DNA from: Podarcis erhardii
Lineage: Eukaryota
Assembly (NCBI GenBank): GCA_964252035.1
Contig: OZ176203.1
DNA: 64,000 nucleotides
Reading direction: 5' to 3' (one strand)
Shown here in pieces: positions 49,751-62,415 of this stretch (position 1 is its first letter; each line of letters starts with the position of its first letter). The notes under the pieces were generated by a model. It saw only the letters and a program-made list of their open reading frames with translations. It did no database searches and had not been told where the DNA came from. The position numbers were made by a program, and so were the translations under genes.

Positions 49751-52099
49751 CTGGCACCAGAGATCAATAACATCATCCAGTTTCTTGACTCCTCTTGATG
49801 AAGAGCCATGCAGGTGAGAAACAGTGCGTACTATTTGAACCTGCCCAAGTGCATGATGTATACTGACTGACAGTGCCTTTCGCAGAATGCTAATGTACTG
49901 AATGCTGATATACTCCATTCTCTTGTGAGAATTCCTTCCTTAGTTCCATTTCCAGCTTCAACCATGGGATAGCATTGCAAACACATATTTTGGCAGGAAT
50001 CAGCTGCACCAGCGAGCAGTGACTACAAGTCCAACTTTCAGAAGGGATTGGCTCTACTTGGGAGCTCAGATAGGGAACACTAGGATGTAGCCAATCCCAG
50101 CGGGGCTTGCATTTGATGCCAGATTTGGAAAGTGGTGAATGTAAGCCCCATTTGGCAAGGAACAATCTGGAGCACACTATAAGGCTTCCAGTTTTTCCTT
50201 TGCATCCAAGTCTTTGTACAGCTCACACGTAATGTCATACGTTGTTAGGTGTGGCTTGGTGACAACAGCATCTCCAGGGCCAAATTAAAAACTCCGTTGG
50301 GTATAAGTGGGCCTGAGGTTCCCTATGCTCTGACACTCCTGATTCTCAGGAAAAAAATGATCCATTCTTTCTCTTTCCCGTATTTCAGTGTTTGCATATT
50401 TCTTCTTCATCATCACCAAGTATTTTATAATAAAAACTGTGTTGTAATTGCTTCTGTTTGAATTGTAATTGTGACTGTTTGGAAGAATAGAACTTTAGTG
50501 GCCTCCCCTGCCTCATATTGGTAAAATGGCAATACCTTCCTTGATGTGATAAATTCTGTTAATGTTGCAGCCAAAAGACCAGTTTGAATGCATCTGAGCT
50601 AACCTGCTGGTGTCAAATGTATTAGGCATTTGTATAAAACTGTGCATAACATTCAACTGTAGAGTAAAAAAATCCATTCTGCACAGACTGAGCTGAAATA
50701 TTTCTGTAGGGTGCTGGGCTGAGACTCTGCACCATCCTTTGGCTGGGGCCCTAGATAAAGATAGTAGACTCTATTTATAGTTAATAGCTATTTAGAAAAA
50801 AAGGAAAGATTTTTGTGTGTGTTATTTGTGTAACATTTTCATTGGTTTACCCTAAAGATATATACTAGATGATAATAAAGTAATAAAAGATTGTTTTCAC
50901 AGCTGTTTGTCTTTGATTACAGATTTCTTTGAAGTACTGCAATAAGACAGACTTTGAACCTGGAAAGAGATCAAATAATGAATTGTTCTGCTTTGTGAAG
51001 CTTAAGAAGGGATTTTATTGTTGAAACATATAGTGCAACATATTTTTTTTCTTACAGTTAAATAATGGTTGAAAGTACTATGAGATCATTACAGATGGAC
51101 TAGATTAAAGGGCTTGAGGCCAAACATTAGGAAATGCTGAAGAAGAAAAGATAGTTTTGTAAAATTTGCAATTGCTAAATATTTTTGTTTTCTTTTAAGT
51201 CAAAATGAAAGTTCAAGAGAGTCAATATTTTAGCATTCTTGTAAGAAATTAAACTAATAAGTGAGCAAGTGGCTCATCTGGGAATTTTTAAAAGCACATA
51301 TAATTCCATTTCAGTTTGTACTTAACTTGACAACATACACAATAGTGCATTTAGCTGTAAATATCAAAGAGAAAAAACAGAAGTATTAAAATGTGCTTTG
51401 GATGAAAAGAATAGTATGCTCTGGGATGTGATTAATTTATTTTATTGACATCCTAGCTTTTCCTCAAAGAATTCAAGGGGAAATGTGGGTTGGTTCACAT
51501 CATCTTATGCCTGCAACAGACCCTGCAATGTAGGCTGGACTGTGAAGTAATTAACAACATGCAGTGACAAAAGTGAGAGTGAGTTGTACATATTTCTTCT
51601 TTCTCTCAAAGAACACCCATATAATTATATCCATTATACTATAATTATGCATTATTTGATGAATTCATCTGGTATTATCAACATATAAAATGTTAAGATA
51701 CAGAGCTTGTTGTGCTGCCTTTAGTACTTTAGGCTACTTGTAAGTAAGCAATTCAACGCAATAAAGCAGAAAAACATTCTTCAGGTTCACAGTTTATTAC
51801 AATATATTTGGTGACTGCAAGTTACAGTGGAGGAGTATTTCATCAAACAGTAAATGTTTTGAAGTTCATTATTATATATTTTGGGCAGGCAGAATAACAT
51901 TAAACTCTCTGTATGTCTCTGTGTGTGTGCATATAGGAATCCATTAAAGATCTGTGCTTACCGTATCATTCCCATGAATATAGCTGTTGTGTTATTTAGA
52001 GCAAACTTTTTGCATGTATACAATAGAGAAACCTTTCAAGGAATGGTTTCAATGGCAGCATCAGACAAAGGAATATTGTAACTTTAGAGATTTTTATGA

Positions 52100-52456
52100 N
52101 NNNNNNNNNNNNNNNNNNNNNNNNNNNNNNNNNNNNNNNNNNNNNNNNNNNNNNNNNNNNNNNNNNNNNNNNNNNNNNNNNNNNNNNNNNNNNNNNNNNN
52201 NNNNNNNNNNNNNNNNNNNNNNNNNNNNNNNNNNNNNNNNNNNNNNNNNNNNNNNNNNNNNNNNNNNNNNNNNNNNNNNNNNNNNNNNNNNNNNNNNNNN
52301 NNNNNNNNNNNNNNNNNNNNNNNNNNNNNNNNNNNNNNNNNNNNNNNNNNNNNNNNNNNNNNNNNNNNNNNNNNNNNNNNNNNNNNNNNNNNNNNNNNNN
52401 NNNNNNNNNNNNNNNNNNNNNNNNNNNNNNNNNNNNNNNNNNNNNNNNNNNNNNNN
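52100..52456. other. Assembly gap (N run)
   Basis: N bases. Confidence 1.
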
Positions 52457-52870
52457 AACTTTAAAAAACTGTGCAAAACACACACACTAAAATGCTTCAA
52501 CAAAAGTGTTTCTTTGTTGCTTTAACCATACTCATGGCTTTATAAAGACTGCATTGTCTATGGTTTGGTGCATTTAATTAAGGGATATTAATTACTTAAA
52601 GGAAAGGTTTGTCCCTTTTAGAAAGCACTTTTATATTTCTCTTGAAGGGAAAGTAGCAAGTGAACTATAGCAGGGATCAGCATATTTGAACATGTCAAAT
52701 TTCATTGCTAATTGGCGTGTGCTCTGTTGAGCACTGTGATAGGTGGGAACAACTAGAAAATCTTTCCACAAATATATCTACTTTTATAGCATAATTCAAT
52801 CAATCTGTTTTAATAAATTATTACTAATCTGTTTTTGAATGACCTTTCACAACTTCAGCTATAAAATATT

Positions 52871-53284
52871 AGCCAATTCTACATGTCACACTAAGCCAAA
52901 CCATGGTTATGTGTGAATGCATGGGCTCCGGGAGAGAAGATTGCAGCCTCTTTGCTTCTTACGTTGCTGCTGTGCAGTGCCAAGCCATATCCTGGCTCAG
53001 TGTGCCAACTAATTCCAGGCTTGTGGTTTAGCTCTGGGGGACAAAGCATGCACGGTCAACTGTAGTACACAACTTGGTTACTGCTAATAGTACGTTTGGA
53101 GAAAACTAAACCATGATCCTGGGTGTGGAGGAGACACTTAAGTCAAGCCATGGTTTATCTCATTGCAGTGGAAAAGCAGAACAACAAGGGAAGAATAGAG
53201 CAGCTACAACTTCTCTTTGGGAGCCCACACACTTGTGTGTTTGCGAAGCCATGGGTTGTCTTAACATGACACATAAACCAGGCT
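52871..53284. mobile_element. Old MITE-like element (AAACCATGG family)
   Basis: Imperfect inverted ends TACATGTCACACTAAGCCAAACCATGG / CCATGGGTTGTCTTAACATGACACATAA; internal AAACCATG motifs. Confidence 0.5.
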
Positions 53285-53364
53285 AGTACACCACAAAGTT
53301 GCCTTGAACTATATGAGTAATACTTTATGAACTAAGCTAGCTGATGAATTTTGTCAACTGGGTT

Positions 53365-53725
53365 GGTAAAGGTAAAGGTAAAGGGACCCCTGACCGTTAG
53401 GTCCAGTCGTGGCCGACTCGGGGGTTGCGGCACTCATCTCGCTTTATTGGCCGAGGGAGCCGGCGTACAGCTTCCGGATCATGTGGCCAGCATGACTAAG
53501 CCACTTCCGGCGAACCAGAGCAGCGCACGGAAACGCCGTTTACCTTCCCGCCGGAGCGGTACTTATTTATCTACTTGCACTTTGGCGTGCTTTTGAACTG
53601 CTAGGTTGGCAGGAGCAGGGACCGAGCAACGGGAGCTCACCCCGTCACGGGGATTCAAACCGCCGACTTTCTGATCAGCAAGTCCTAGGCTCTGTGGTTT
53701 AACCCACAGCGCCACCCGCGTCCCA
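53365..53725 (-). mobile_element. Sauria SINE, full length with TSD
   Basis: Intact 5' end GGGACGCGGGTGGCGCTGTGGGTTAAACC (A box), B-box-like GGTTTGAATCC, (ACCTTT)3 tail; 9-bp TSD GTCAACTGG at 53353-61 and 53726-34. Confidence 0.95.
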
Positions 53726-56458
53726 GTCAACTGGAAAGGAAGATTATTCCGGCTAATACGGAGACTGCATATTGACCTTCAGCATTGTGCCACGAAAATC
53801 TATTTCACGTTAGGCTTCAGGAATCCTTGGATCAGATTCCCATCTGGAGTGGAAGGATCTGAGCTGGTGGGCTCCTGTCTTTTTAATAGCTGTGTAAAAC
53901 TTCAGCAGGTTCACCTTTTCTCACTCCCATATAATGAGTTGCACCTGCTGTAACACCTTCTTGTATATTGCTATTACAAGTATAGGAGGTGACTCCCCCT
54001 TATCCCTTCTCGTTTGCTTGCATCAGAAGGAGCCATATCCGTTGCTGCTGGTTGTACTTTTTTGCAGTTCAGCTAGGAAACCAATTTCAAATCTCACTGC
54101 AGCTGCATGGGGACTCAGTCAGATGGGTGCAACTTGCCGCAGCAGACATGCTGTTAATGCATGCATGAATCAGTTTCAGGTAAGCCTGTGAGGAACAGAG
54201 ACAGAAATTTGAAGGTCAGCCTCTAGATTGCATTTTATTGTAATAGAAGAAAGCGTTCTGTTGCAGGTTTGAACACACCTCCAGATAGTCTCCAGAAGTG
54301 GTGAAAGAAGAGCATAGAGGCTTTGTTCTGACTCCCCACCCTTCTGGGTTTTTAAAATTAAATATGTAAATACATGTTCTGTTTGTGTTTCACAAGAACC
54401 TATTTCTTTCCCCCTCCCCTCCCCTCCCCTTTAGAGGCAGAGGGAAATGTGGGGGGGAAATACACATAATCATCTATGCTTGTTTTCTTAATACTTCTGT
54501 GGTACGTCTAACATATCTCAGACTGAAGTCTCAATGCGATATTTTAAAATTATCTCACTACCTAAAATTGGCATAAACTTGAAAGCTGCATTAGTGAATT
54601 CTGGATTGTTTTCTGTCTGCTTTGGTTTATGAGTAGGCGGCTCCTGATTTGAAGCTACTGTACCTTCTGTATTTAAGTATAAATAGAGCCTATTTCAAAT
54701 CTTTCATTTGTGATTGTTGTAATCCAGGTTATTCTGTTTAAAACTTGTTGTTTTTTTTTAAAGCATAACTTGTTGGGTAAGTGAGTTTAAACTTGATTCA
54801 TTCTTTGATGTTAATGAAACACCAATTTATCGGAAGGCCCTGCAGCCCTAATGAGCAGTTTCTTTAAAAAGCACATTTAATCAAGGTTTATTTTTAACTT
54901 GTTTAAACAGATCTAATAGTTTGTGCTGATTTCATTTCAGTATAATAATTGCTAGCAATCCTATTAGTAAGTCATGGAACATGGAAGTTAACACAAATTC
55001 CATTCTAATGAGGAAAGTAGAGCAGCGAAAACCCTCCTGGCCAAGGAAGGGTTCATGCTAGGAGTGGAGTGACAGAAGCCCTTGGACATTCTGCTGACAA
55101 TGGATTATTTTTGTTTTTATAGGGATGTCAGGCATGAGTGGTTAGTATTTAAGTGGGTTTTATTGTTCGTTAGAAGTGAAGCAGTCATACTATGTTGTAC
55201 AGAGTGAAGCTGAGCAAAGTTAAATTTTGACGTTAGGAAAATATAATGGGCCTCTAAGAAAAAGCCAGATTTGCTTTCCTTGTTCTGCATTTTCTAATTT
55301 GTATTACATTGGTTGGGTGGGGGTTGTGTAGTGTATATATGTGTGCAACTTATCGGTATTCTATATTTTGCTCTGAATCAGGATTTCAGGAATGCATTAA
55401 GTAAGGGATTCCATGAGATAACAATTGAGAAGTACAACTTTTGCTGGTTCATCGAAGGATCACTGGCAGGAAGTGTCAACAGAATATAGGAGTGGAAGTT
55501 TAGAAGTATGAGAAGGGAAGATAATTGGGCTGTAGGGAGGGGCCCTAGTGAAGCCAGTTAGACGTGTATGATTTGACAGGGCTTTTTAAAATTTCCAGTG
55601 CAGTTGGGAGAAAGAGTTGGGTCTGAGTGGGCTGTAAAAAAAAGCTCAACAACAAAAAACACCCCTGACTTTACCAGTGTAGGCACTCTGCTGTTGCCTT
55701 GGGGGTTGGGATGATGATGCACATCTTTTCATTTTTCTTTGGATTTAACATAGGGTGTATCAGAATTGAAAACATTTTAATTCTCATTCACGTCCATCCC
55801 CTGCCCTGCCCTGCCCCACCTCATGTAGCCATCAGAACTGTAGTTTTGTAAGGGAAGCCAACTCCCTTACTGAGATATAATTTTGGAGGTTCTTTCAGAG
55901 ACTACACCTAAACTGGTATAGATTAATAGATAGAAATGTCTATGCTATGTAAATAGTTAATCTCTGAGGCAGGTTGTGGGTGTGATTGTCTTTGTGCATG
56001 TTATCCATTCTCTTTGGGTTAAACAATACCTCCCTAAAGCTGATTTCCTAATGGCATAAAATACTTTTATTGTACAGTATGGGAAGAACATGGCATCAAT
56101 TGCAAGCACAATTTGTGCACAGTTGTTAGTCTGCAATCTCCACTGAAGGTCCACCTTCCTTTTTATCAGCCTTTGAAACACAGTGTCATTGTGTTCGAAC
56201 ACCTAGCCACTCCAATGTGAATCTGAGAACTAGGAAACTGGGAATATTTCTGTGCATAGGATTATGTGTACACACACTATGACTCATTTATTTTTTATTT
56301 AAAAATTGGTTCATTTGATGATAAAGCCATGAAAATGGTAAGCAAGAAAGAAGACACGCTTACATTAGTGTTATTGAAAAATGTGATGGTAGAGTACATA
56401 GACTTCTGCGGGGAAGCACACATCTATGTCACATATATAGAGTGAGGAAAGAACAGTA

Positions 56459-56914
56459 ACTGGCTGTCAGTTAGTTTCTGGACTCAATTAAAAGCACTGG
56501 TGCTAACCTATAAAGCCTTAAACAGCTCAGGATATCACTACTTTAAGGATCGTCTCTACCCATATGAACTGACCACGGACCCATCTGAGGCCCTTCTCTG
56601 CGACCCCCGTCACTGAGAGGTTCGGAGGATGACAACACAAGAATGGTCCTTTTCTGTGGTGGCTCCCTGTTTGTGAGATGCTTTTCCTAGAGAGGCTTGC
56701 CTGCTGCCATCATTGTATATCTTTAGGCACCAGTCGAAAAAATTCCTCTTTACCTAGGTCTTCGGCCATTAAACAATCCATGTTTGTCCTTTTAGAAGTG
56801 GGAGGATTGTTATTAATGATTTTTCCTTAGATTGTTTAATGGTTATTATTTTGTACACTGCCCTTGGATCTTCGGATATAGGGTGGTATATAATTTGAGT
56901 AAATGATGATGATG
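56459..56914 (+). mobile_element. L2 LINE 3' fragment (ORF2 C-terminus plus 3' UTR)
   Basis: Degenerate WL.VSF..Q.K.LVLTYKALN...YLKDRL.PYE...FSVVAP.LW...F motifs; terminal TGCCCTTGGATCTTCGGATATAGGGTGGTATATAA and (TGA)n tail. Confidence 0.8.
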
Positions 56915-57433
56915 TAAAACATCATGGTGAATTACGCCCTAATTAGTGTAGGCTTTGTTTTGTTCTACTATTCTTGGTAAACATTAAGGACATTTGAAGC
57001 TGCTTTCAGGTCAGTCTGTTCTTCCATCTAGCCCAGTATTATTTACTCTGACTGGCCAAGACAATCAGAATCTTGAGCAGAGGCATTTCACACCAGCTGC
57101 TATCTAGTCCTTTGAACTGGAGATGCCAGGGACTGAAGCTTCTGCACACAAAGTATTTGCTGTGCCACTAAACCACAGGCCATTTCATTTGGACGATTCC
57201 TTAAGAGTGGATAGGATATACTAGAAATAGAAAAGACCACCAGGGTTTGTGTAAAGGTGATCAATTCATTCCATAGGTTTGGTGGATAAGACAACTGTGA
57301 TAATGGCTAATGAGGTATTTTGGGACAGTGGGCAAGTACACAAATCTAGCTGTTCCTCATATGCATAAAATGACTTGGGGTGTGCACACCCAGCCAAAAT
57401 CCACATTCACTGTGGCACTATGACGGATTATAC

Positions 57434-57490
57434 TGTAAACTACCCTGTGATCCTTGGATAAGGGCGGTATATAAATTAAGTAAACAAACA
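57434..57490 (+). mobile_element. L2 LINE 3' terminal fragment
   Basis: TGTAAACTACCCTGTGATCCTTGGATAAGGGCGGTATATAAATTAAGTAAAC is similar to the terminus at 56850-56900. Confidence 0.65.
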
Positions 57491-59783
57491 AGTGTTCTCT
57501 CTGCGTAAGCATTGCAACTTGACAGACAGAATGATCCCACCTCTCCTCCCCCTGTTCTGGGTGTTCTCTCACCCCCCCCTGGACCAACTTTGGGGAGGAG
57601 AGGGAGGGGAAGCCCCTTTGCTGAAGCACAAGTCCTTCTTCCGGGCTTCCGCTGACGGGGCTCATTAGGCGAATCTTGCTCAATGCAACATGTCATGCAT
57701 ACAGTTGTTTTCCTTGTTTTATTTCCCTGCAGAAGCCCATTAACTGCATGTCTGTATCTGTGCTGCCTGGAAGGGGTACAAGCAAAGGGAGAAGACTACC
57801 AGGCATGCCCTAAGCACAATAGGAGACTGATATGGCAAAAGTGCCAAAGCAAACAGACTCGGGAGGTTGCAGATCTGCCGGCATTATACCTGCTTTGCCT
57901 GGTAATCTCTATTCTAGAGACTGGGCACCAAACCAGAATTATATGATTTGGCCTTGGCTGGCTGATTTTCTCCCCAAAGGAATAACTGGTGCAAGGAAGC
58001 CTGAGCCTGAGATGTGGGAGGGAAAGGGGATTTATCTCTGCAGATCATAATCCAGTGGAGCTTTCCTTTGATTGTGAATAGCAGGTGTGGAGTGGGGAGG
58101 AGAGAGGAGGAGGAGGAAGATTCCATAAGGACTGCAGTAGAAGCAAAGGTTTAAAACTCCACCCCCCACACAATGGTCCCACATTCCCATGCCAGCCAAG
58201 TAATGATAAACTATGTACCAAACAAAATCCTGAGTGTGGGTAGACAGATGACTGAGATTAGGCATGTAACACACAAACACACATATGCACATACATCCCA
58301 TGCCACAATTATGTTCTTTACTCAGCCAGTGCCTTCACATGCATTGATGTTCTACCTCCATGTACTCAGTTTCATGATGAATGTATGCAGTGGCCTTGTG
58401 TCAATTATTTTGATGCATTGGAGTAAATATATAATTCAATGCACATGGCTACATAAATCCAGCTGAAGCTTAAAAATAATGCTGATTAGTATCAACACTG
58501 TTACTTAGCAGTATTTCGTACTGTAAATACAAAGAAAAACAGTAAAATAAGTTGGAAGTCATCTGTTCACTGACAAATGCATGTTCTAATAAATAATGTC
58601 GTCTGGCTGAAGTCTCTTTTTTCTGCCGTAGAAAAACAAATTCATACTATTTGTACTTAATGCTGATGCACTCTGCTCTCTGAATACTAAGTTGCTATGT
58701 ATTTACAAATGTGAAAGAACCTGTGGTCCTTTTATGCATCAGGTCGTCATAGAAACTAATTAACTTTCATTTCTGTGTCAGGGTAAAGTACTGTAATACA
58801 GATGTAAATTGTAGTTCAGGAATTATTTGAATGAAACTAGAAGGAGGAAAGCATCAAAGTCCTTTTAAAAAATCCAGTAGAAATGAGAAATGCACAACAC
58901 ATCATAGCACACAATGCATCACAACATAATAAAATGCTAATAAGGTGGCAGAAAAAGGATGCTCTACATCAATATGGTACTTGTGGTAAATATGTAGAAA
59001 GGAGTTCGTATGTGTGCAGTCCACAAGATAGTACAATTACAGCAGTTGGAATTATTCAGCTGATAAATCAGTTCCAGAAGCTCTGATTCAGAGGATTAAG
59101 AAGTAGGTATGTAATAAGGTGAGATGCACATACTGTCCATGAGCCAAGCTACCTTGTAACCAAGACCATGGGAGGTTAGAATCATTTTTCTTACAGAGCA
59201 GTTTTCCATACTGCATGGCAAGCTGCTCTTGAACCTCTTGGAGGCCAGAGCTCTATCAAGAGGTTAAAAGCTAAGGAGTGACAAAAGAAGACAGAGAGGA
59301 GAAAGTTACAGCAGTCAAGAGATGAGGCAGGATCAGTGTGTGAACCATAATTTTTAACGTGGGGGTGATTTTGACCAAAACCTGGTGTAGAGAGTGGAGC
59401 CAGAGTTGGAGCAGCAGCTGATGCAAGTGCTGAGATAGGGAGATCTAGGACTGATCCATGGAGTTATGGAACAGAAGCATTGATCAGCCGAAAAGGGAGC
59501 TTTTAGGCCAGGAAAATCCAGAAGAAAGCAGATGAAAAGGTTCTCTACGAAAACACTGAGTGAGAGATGTCACCAGAGTTAGCATTTCCTTGACCCAACT
59601 TCACTTCAAACCAAATGCCCCTAAGACTAAATAGTAAATTGCATTTTTGTCCTGTATTTCCTCTGAGTATCTCAGAGCAGTATAAATAGTATCCCCTCTT
59701 ATTTTGTCCTCGGAAGAACTTTGTACAGAAACAAAAAAAATTCCTTCCAGTAGCACCTTAAAGACCAACTAAGTCAGTTCTTG

Positions 59784-59821
59784 GTATGAGCTTTCGTGTG
59801 CATGCACACTTCTTCAGATAC
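59784..59821 (-). ncRNA. Mirror copy of the hammerhead motif
   Basis: Exact reverse complement of 59839-59876. Confidence 0.65.
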
Positions 59822-59838
59822 ACACACATATATTCAGT

Positions 59839-59876
59839 GTATCTGAAGAAGTGTGCATGCACACGAAAGCTCATAC
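59839..59876 (+). ncRNA. Minimal type I hammerhead ribozyme motif (Penelope-associated)
   Basis: GUAU-CUGAAGA-A-GUGUGC(AU)GCACAC-GAAA-GC-UC^AUAC: stem I GUAU/AUAC, stem II 6 bp, palindromic stem III AGCU; one extra A before stem II. Confidence 0.65.
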
Positions 59877-60609
59877 CAAGAACTGACTTAGTTGGTCTTT
59901 AAGGTGCTACTGGAAGGAATTTTTTTTGTTTTGACTATGGCAGACCAACACGGCTACCTATCTGTAATTTGTACAGAAAGTTAGGCTGAGAGAAGTAGAC
60001 CTGTCCAATACAGTGACTGAATAGAATTTGAATCTGGATCTTTCCAGTAGGTTCCTGACATGATGGCTGAAATTACACCACTCTGACTCCTCTTCCACTC
60101 CCATCTACATGTTCACCTTGTTGTTTCTGCTGTAACAGCTGGTGTAGCTGCAGGAAGTGAGGGGAATTTAGAATTCTCAGGAAGAAAACTTTCTCCAGTA
60201 TCCTTCATAATTCCCTGATTCAAATCAAGCCTAGGGAAATTTGCCTAGGGAAGTTCACCTCCTACGATTAGGAATAGAACCAAGGAGAGGGGGGCTGAAA
60301 ACCTAGGCCATGAAAGGAGTCAATTAGGAGAGAGTGATCAGTTTTACAAAAAACAACATGGAGTTTTAGGAAGGGTGCCAATGGAGATAATGGGTGATTC
60401 TGGTGAGGACTGTTACTTTTGCATGTGTAGGGAACACAAACCAGATTGAAAGTGGGGGTTAGAAACACAGTTCAATTCACCCTACACAGTGGGTGGGTGA
60501 GTTAGACCTAAGGCAAAGGTCAAGAGAAGGTCAGGTAGAGAAAGCAAGAGGCAGTTTGGTCATATCTCTGACAGTAATATTGAAATCTACAAGAAGTATG
60601 CTTAAGGAA

Positions 60610-60750
60610 CTCATGATGGCTCAGTCAGTAGAGTATGAGACTCTTAATCTCAGAGTTGTGGGTTCAAGCCCCACGTTGGGCAAAAGATTCCTGCTCTGCA
60701 GAAGGTTGGACTAGAGCCTCCAGGTCTCTTTCACCTCCACAATTCTATGA
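60610..60750 (+). mobile_element. tRNA-Lys(CTT)-derived SINE with CR1-type 3' tail (Squam3-like)
   Basis: GCTCAGTCAGTAGAGTATGAGACTCTTAATCTCAGAGTTGTGGGTTCAAGCCCCACGTTGGGC closely matches vertebrate tRNA-Lys-CTT (anticodon 60643-45), but the acceptor stem is broken; followed by GGTTGGACTAG...CAATTCTATGA. Confidence 0.85.
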
Positions 60751-62275
60751 ATGGGCACATGGAGTATGGTGAGAAGGTGGCCCATGTTTCAGGACTGAAA
60801 CAAAAGTTGAGGGTGCCAGGGAGGTGCAGAAGGGAGTAGAGACTGATGTTTGAGAAGAGATCTGTTAGTGGTGGGGTGGGGAGGATGTTGGGTTGAGCTT
60901 GCAGCGGTTTTTAACATTTATTTTTACAGGGGTCAGTACCACTTCCAAGACCTTTAGCATGATGCATGCAGGAGAAATGATGTCAAAGAAGAGAACAGCA
61001 ATAACTGCAGTGTCAGAGCCAGAGAGCCTGATTTTGTTGAGGGCAAGGGTTGGGATTGAGAGAGAAAAGGTTGGTGGAGGTTGACTGCTCTCTGGGCGGA
61101 GGAGAAAGGAGAGGGGAGCCACTGAATGGGCATAAGATTGGAGCAGAGTGTGAGTACATGTCGTTATGCTGAATGCAAACCACGAGAAATTTAGGGATAG
61201 TGCAGGGTTTGGTAGACTAGTATGCCCAAGGAATAAAAAAAGGTCTCATAGAAATAGATGGAAGTTTTGGGAGTCATAGATACAGTGAAGTCAATCTCCT
61301 GGAGTATGTGGCCCTCTCAGTAGTTGTCTCTTTTAGGAAGGCGTACCTCAAGGTAGTTACAAGAGTTAAATAGGTGGCGTGGAAGGAGCAGCGGCTAGCA
61401 GCTGCAAGCTACTTTCTTCTTGATGCCTTCTCACTGCAGAGTCCAAATCTCCAGGTTGCAAACAAGAGATGTTCTTTAGTAGTGTTTTGACAGCTGCCCA
61501 AGACTGGGTTGAGAGACAGTGACAGCAGACGTGTTCTTCGCATTCCAGAATAAAAGGAACGAGGGCAGGAGAGACCAGATGTTAGCTTATTGGAATTTAA
61601 GAAGTTCCTTGCTGGATGAGACGAAAGGGCTACCCTGATCAACGCAATTGTTCCAATCTGTAACCAACTAGGTGGCTTTGAAAACCGTTCATGGCATGAC
61701 GATTATGGTTATCGCCTGTTAACCAATCAGCTTTTGGTGAATTTTGTTTCCAACTGCATTCTTAGCTCAGTTCTGTGTGGATTTGCTTTTACTGTGTCGC
61801 TGCAAAATCTGGTAGAGGTGTTACTCAAACCAGCAGCAAGAGCATTATTTTTGCTTTATATTAGTCAAGCAACCAAGATTAGAATAAATAAGTTGTTTAG
61901 AATAAATAAGTTTAATGAAGTTGTTTTTATCAGCAGTTTTTAGCCAAGAGGGGTATGTGGGAGTGGATGAGGCACATATCTGCCTAGACCATGTGGGTGA
62001 AGCATGAATTACAGCCCATGTTCATTTTCAGATTGGTATAGATGTGAAGTGACTTTAATAATTATAAATACAAACACTTGGAAAATACATTGTGGTGCAC
62101 GAAGCCACAAGGATTATGTTGAAACTTCCCATAAGGCTATTTAACAGATTTTCCCCCTGCAGTAAAATCCTTTTTCACCTGAATTATAGCATTTGCGACT
62201 CTGAGCCCCTGTATTTTCTCTGAACAAGTTGCACAGTGCACATAGTAGACAAAGTGTTAAAGAGCTAGGAAAATA

Positions 62276-62415
62276 NNNNNNNNNNNNNNNNNNNNNNNNN
62301 NNNNNNNNNNNNNNNNNNNNNNNNNNNNNNNNNNNNNNNNNNNNNNNNNNNNNNNNNNNNNNNNNNNNNNNNNNNNNNNNNNNNNNNNNNNNNNNNNNNN
62401 NNNNNNNNNNNNNNN
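62276..62415. other. Assembly gap (N run)
   Basis: N bases. Confidence 1.

Larger units (their letters stand above)
59729..59967 (+). mobile_element. Penelope-like element remnant with inverted (palindromic) terminal repeat
   Basis: Perfect 95-bp arms at 59729-59823 and 59837-59931, then a unique tail GACTATGGCAGACCAACACGGCTACC; 12-bp direct repeat TTTGTACAGAAA at 59720-31 and 59968-79. Confidence 0.8.

Noticed and set aside
59729-59931. CRISPR-like or bacterial terminator interpretation of the palindrome
   Set aside because: Eukaryotic context, single inverted repeat, no repeat-spacer array; better explained as a Penelope-like element
61611-61630. CTGGATGAGACGAAAG resembling a hammerhead core
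   Set aside because: Core is not CUGANGA and there is no room for stem II or matching stems I/III
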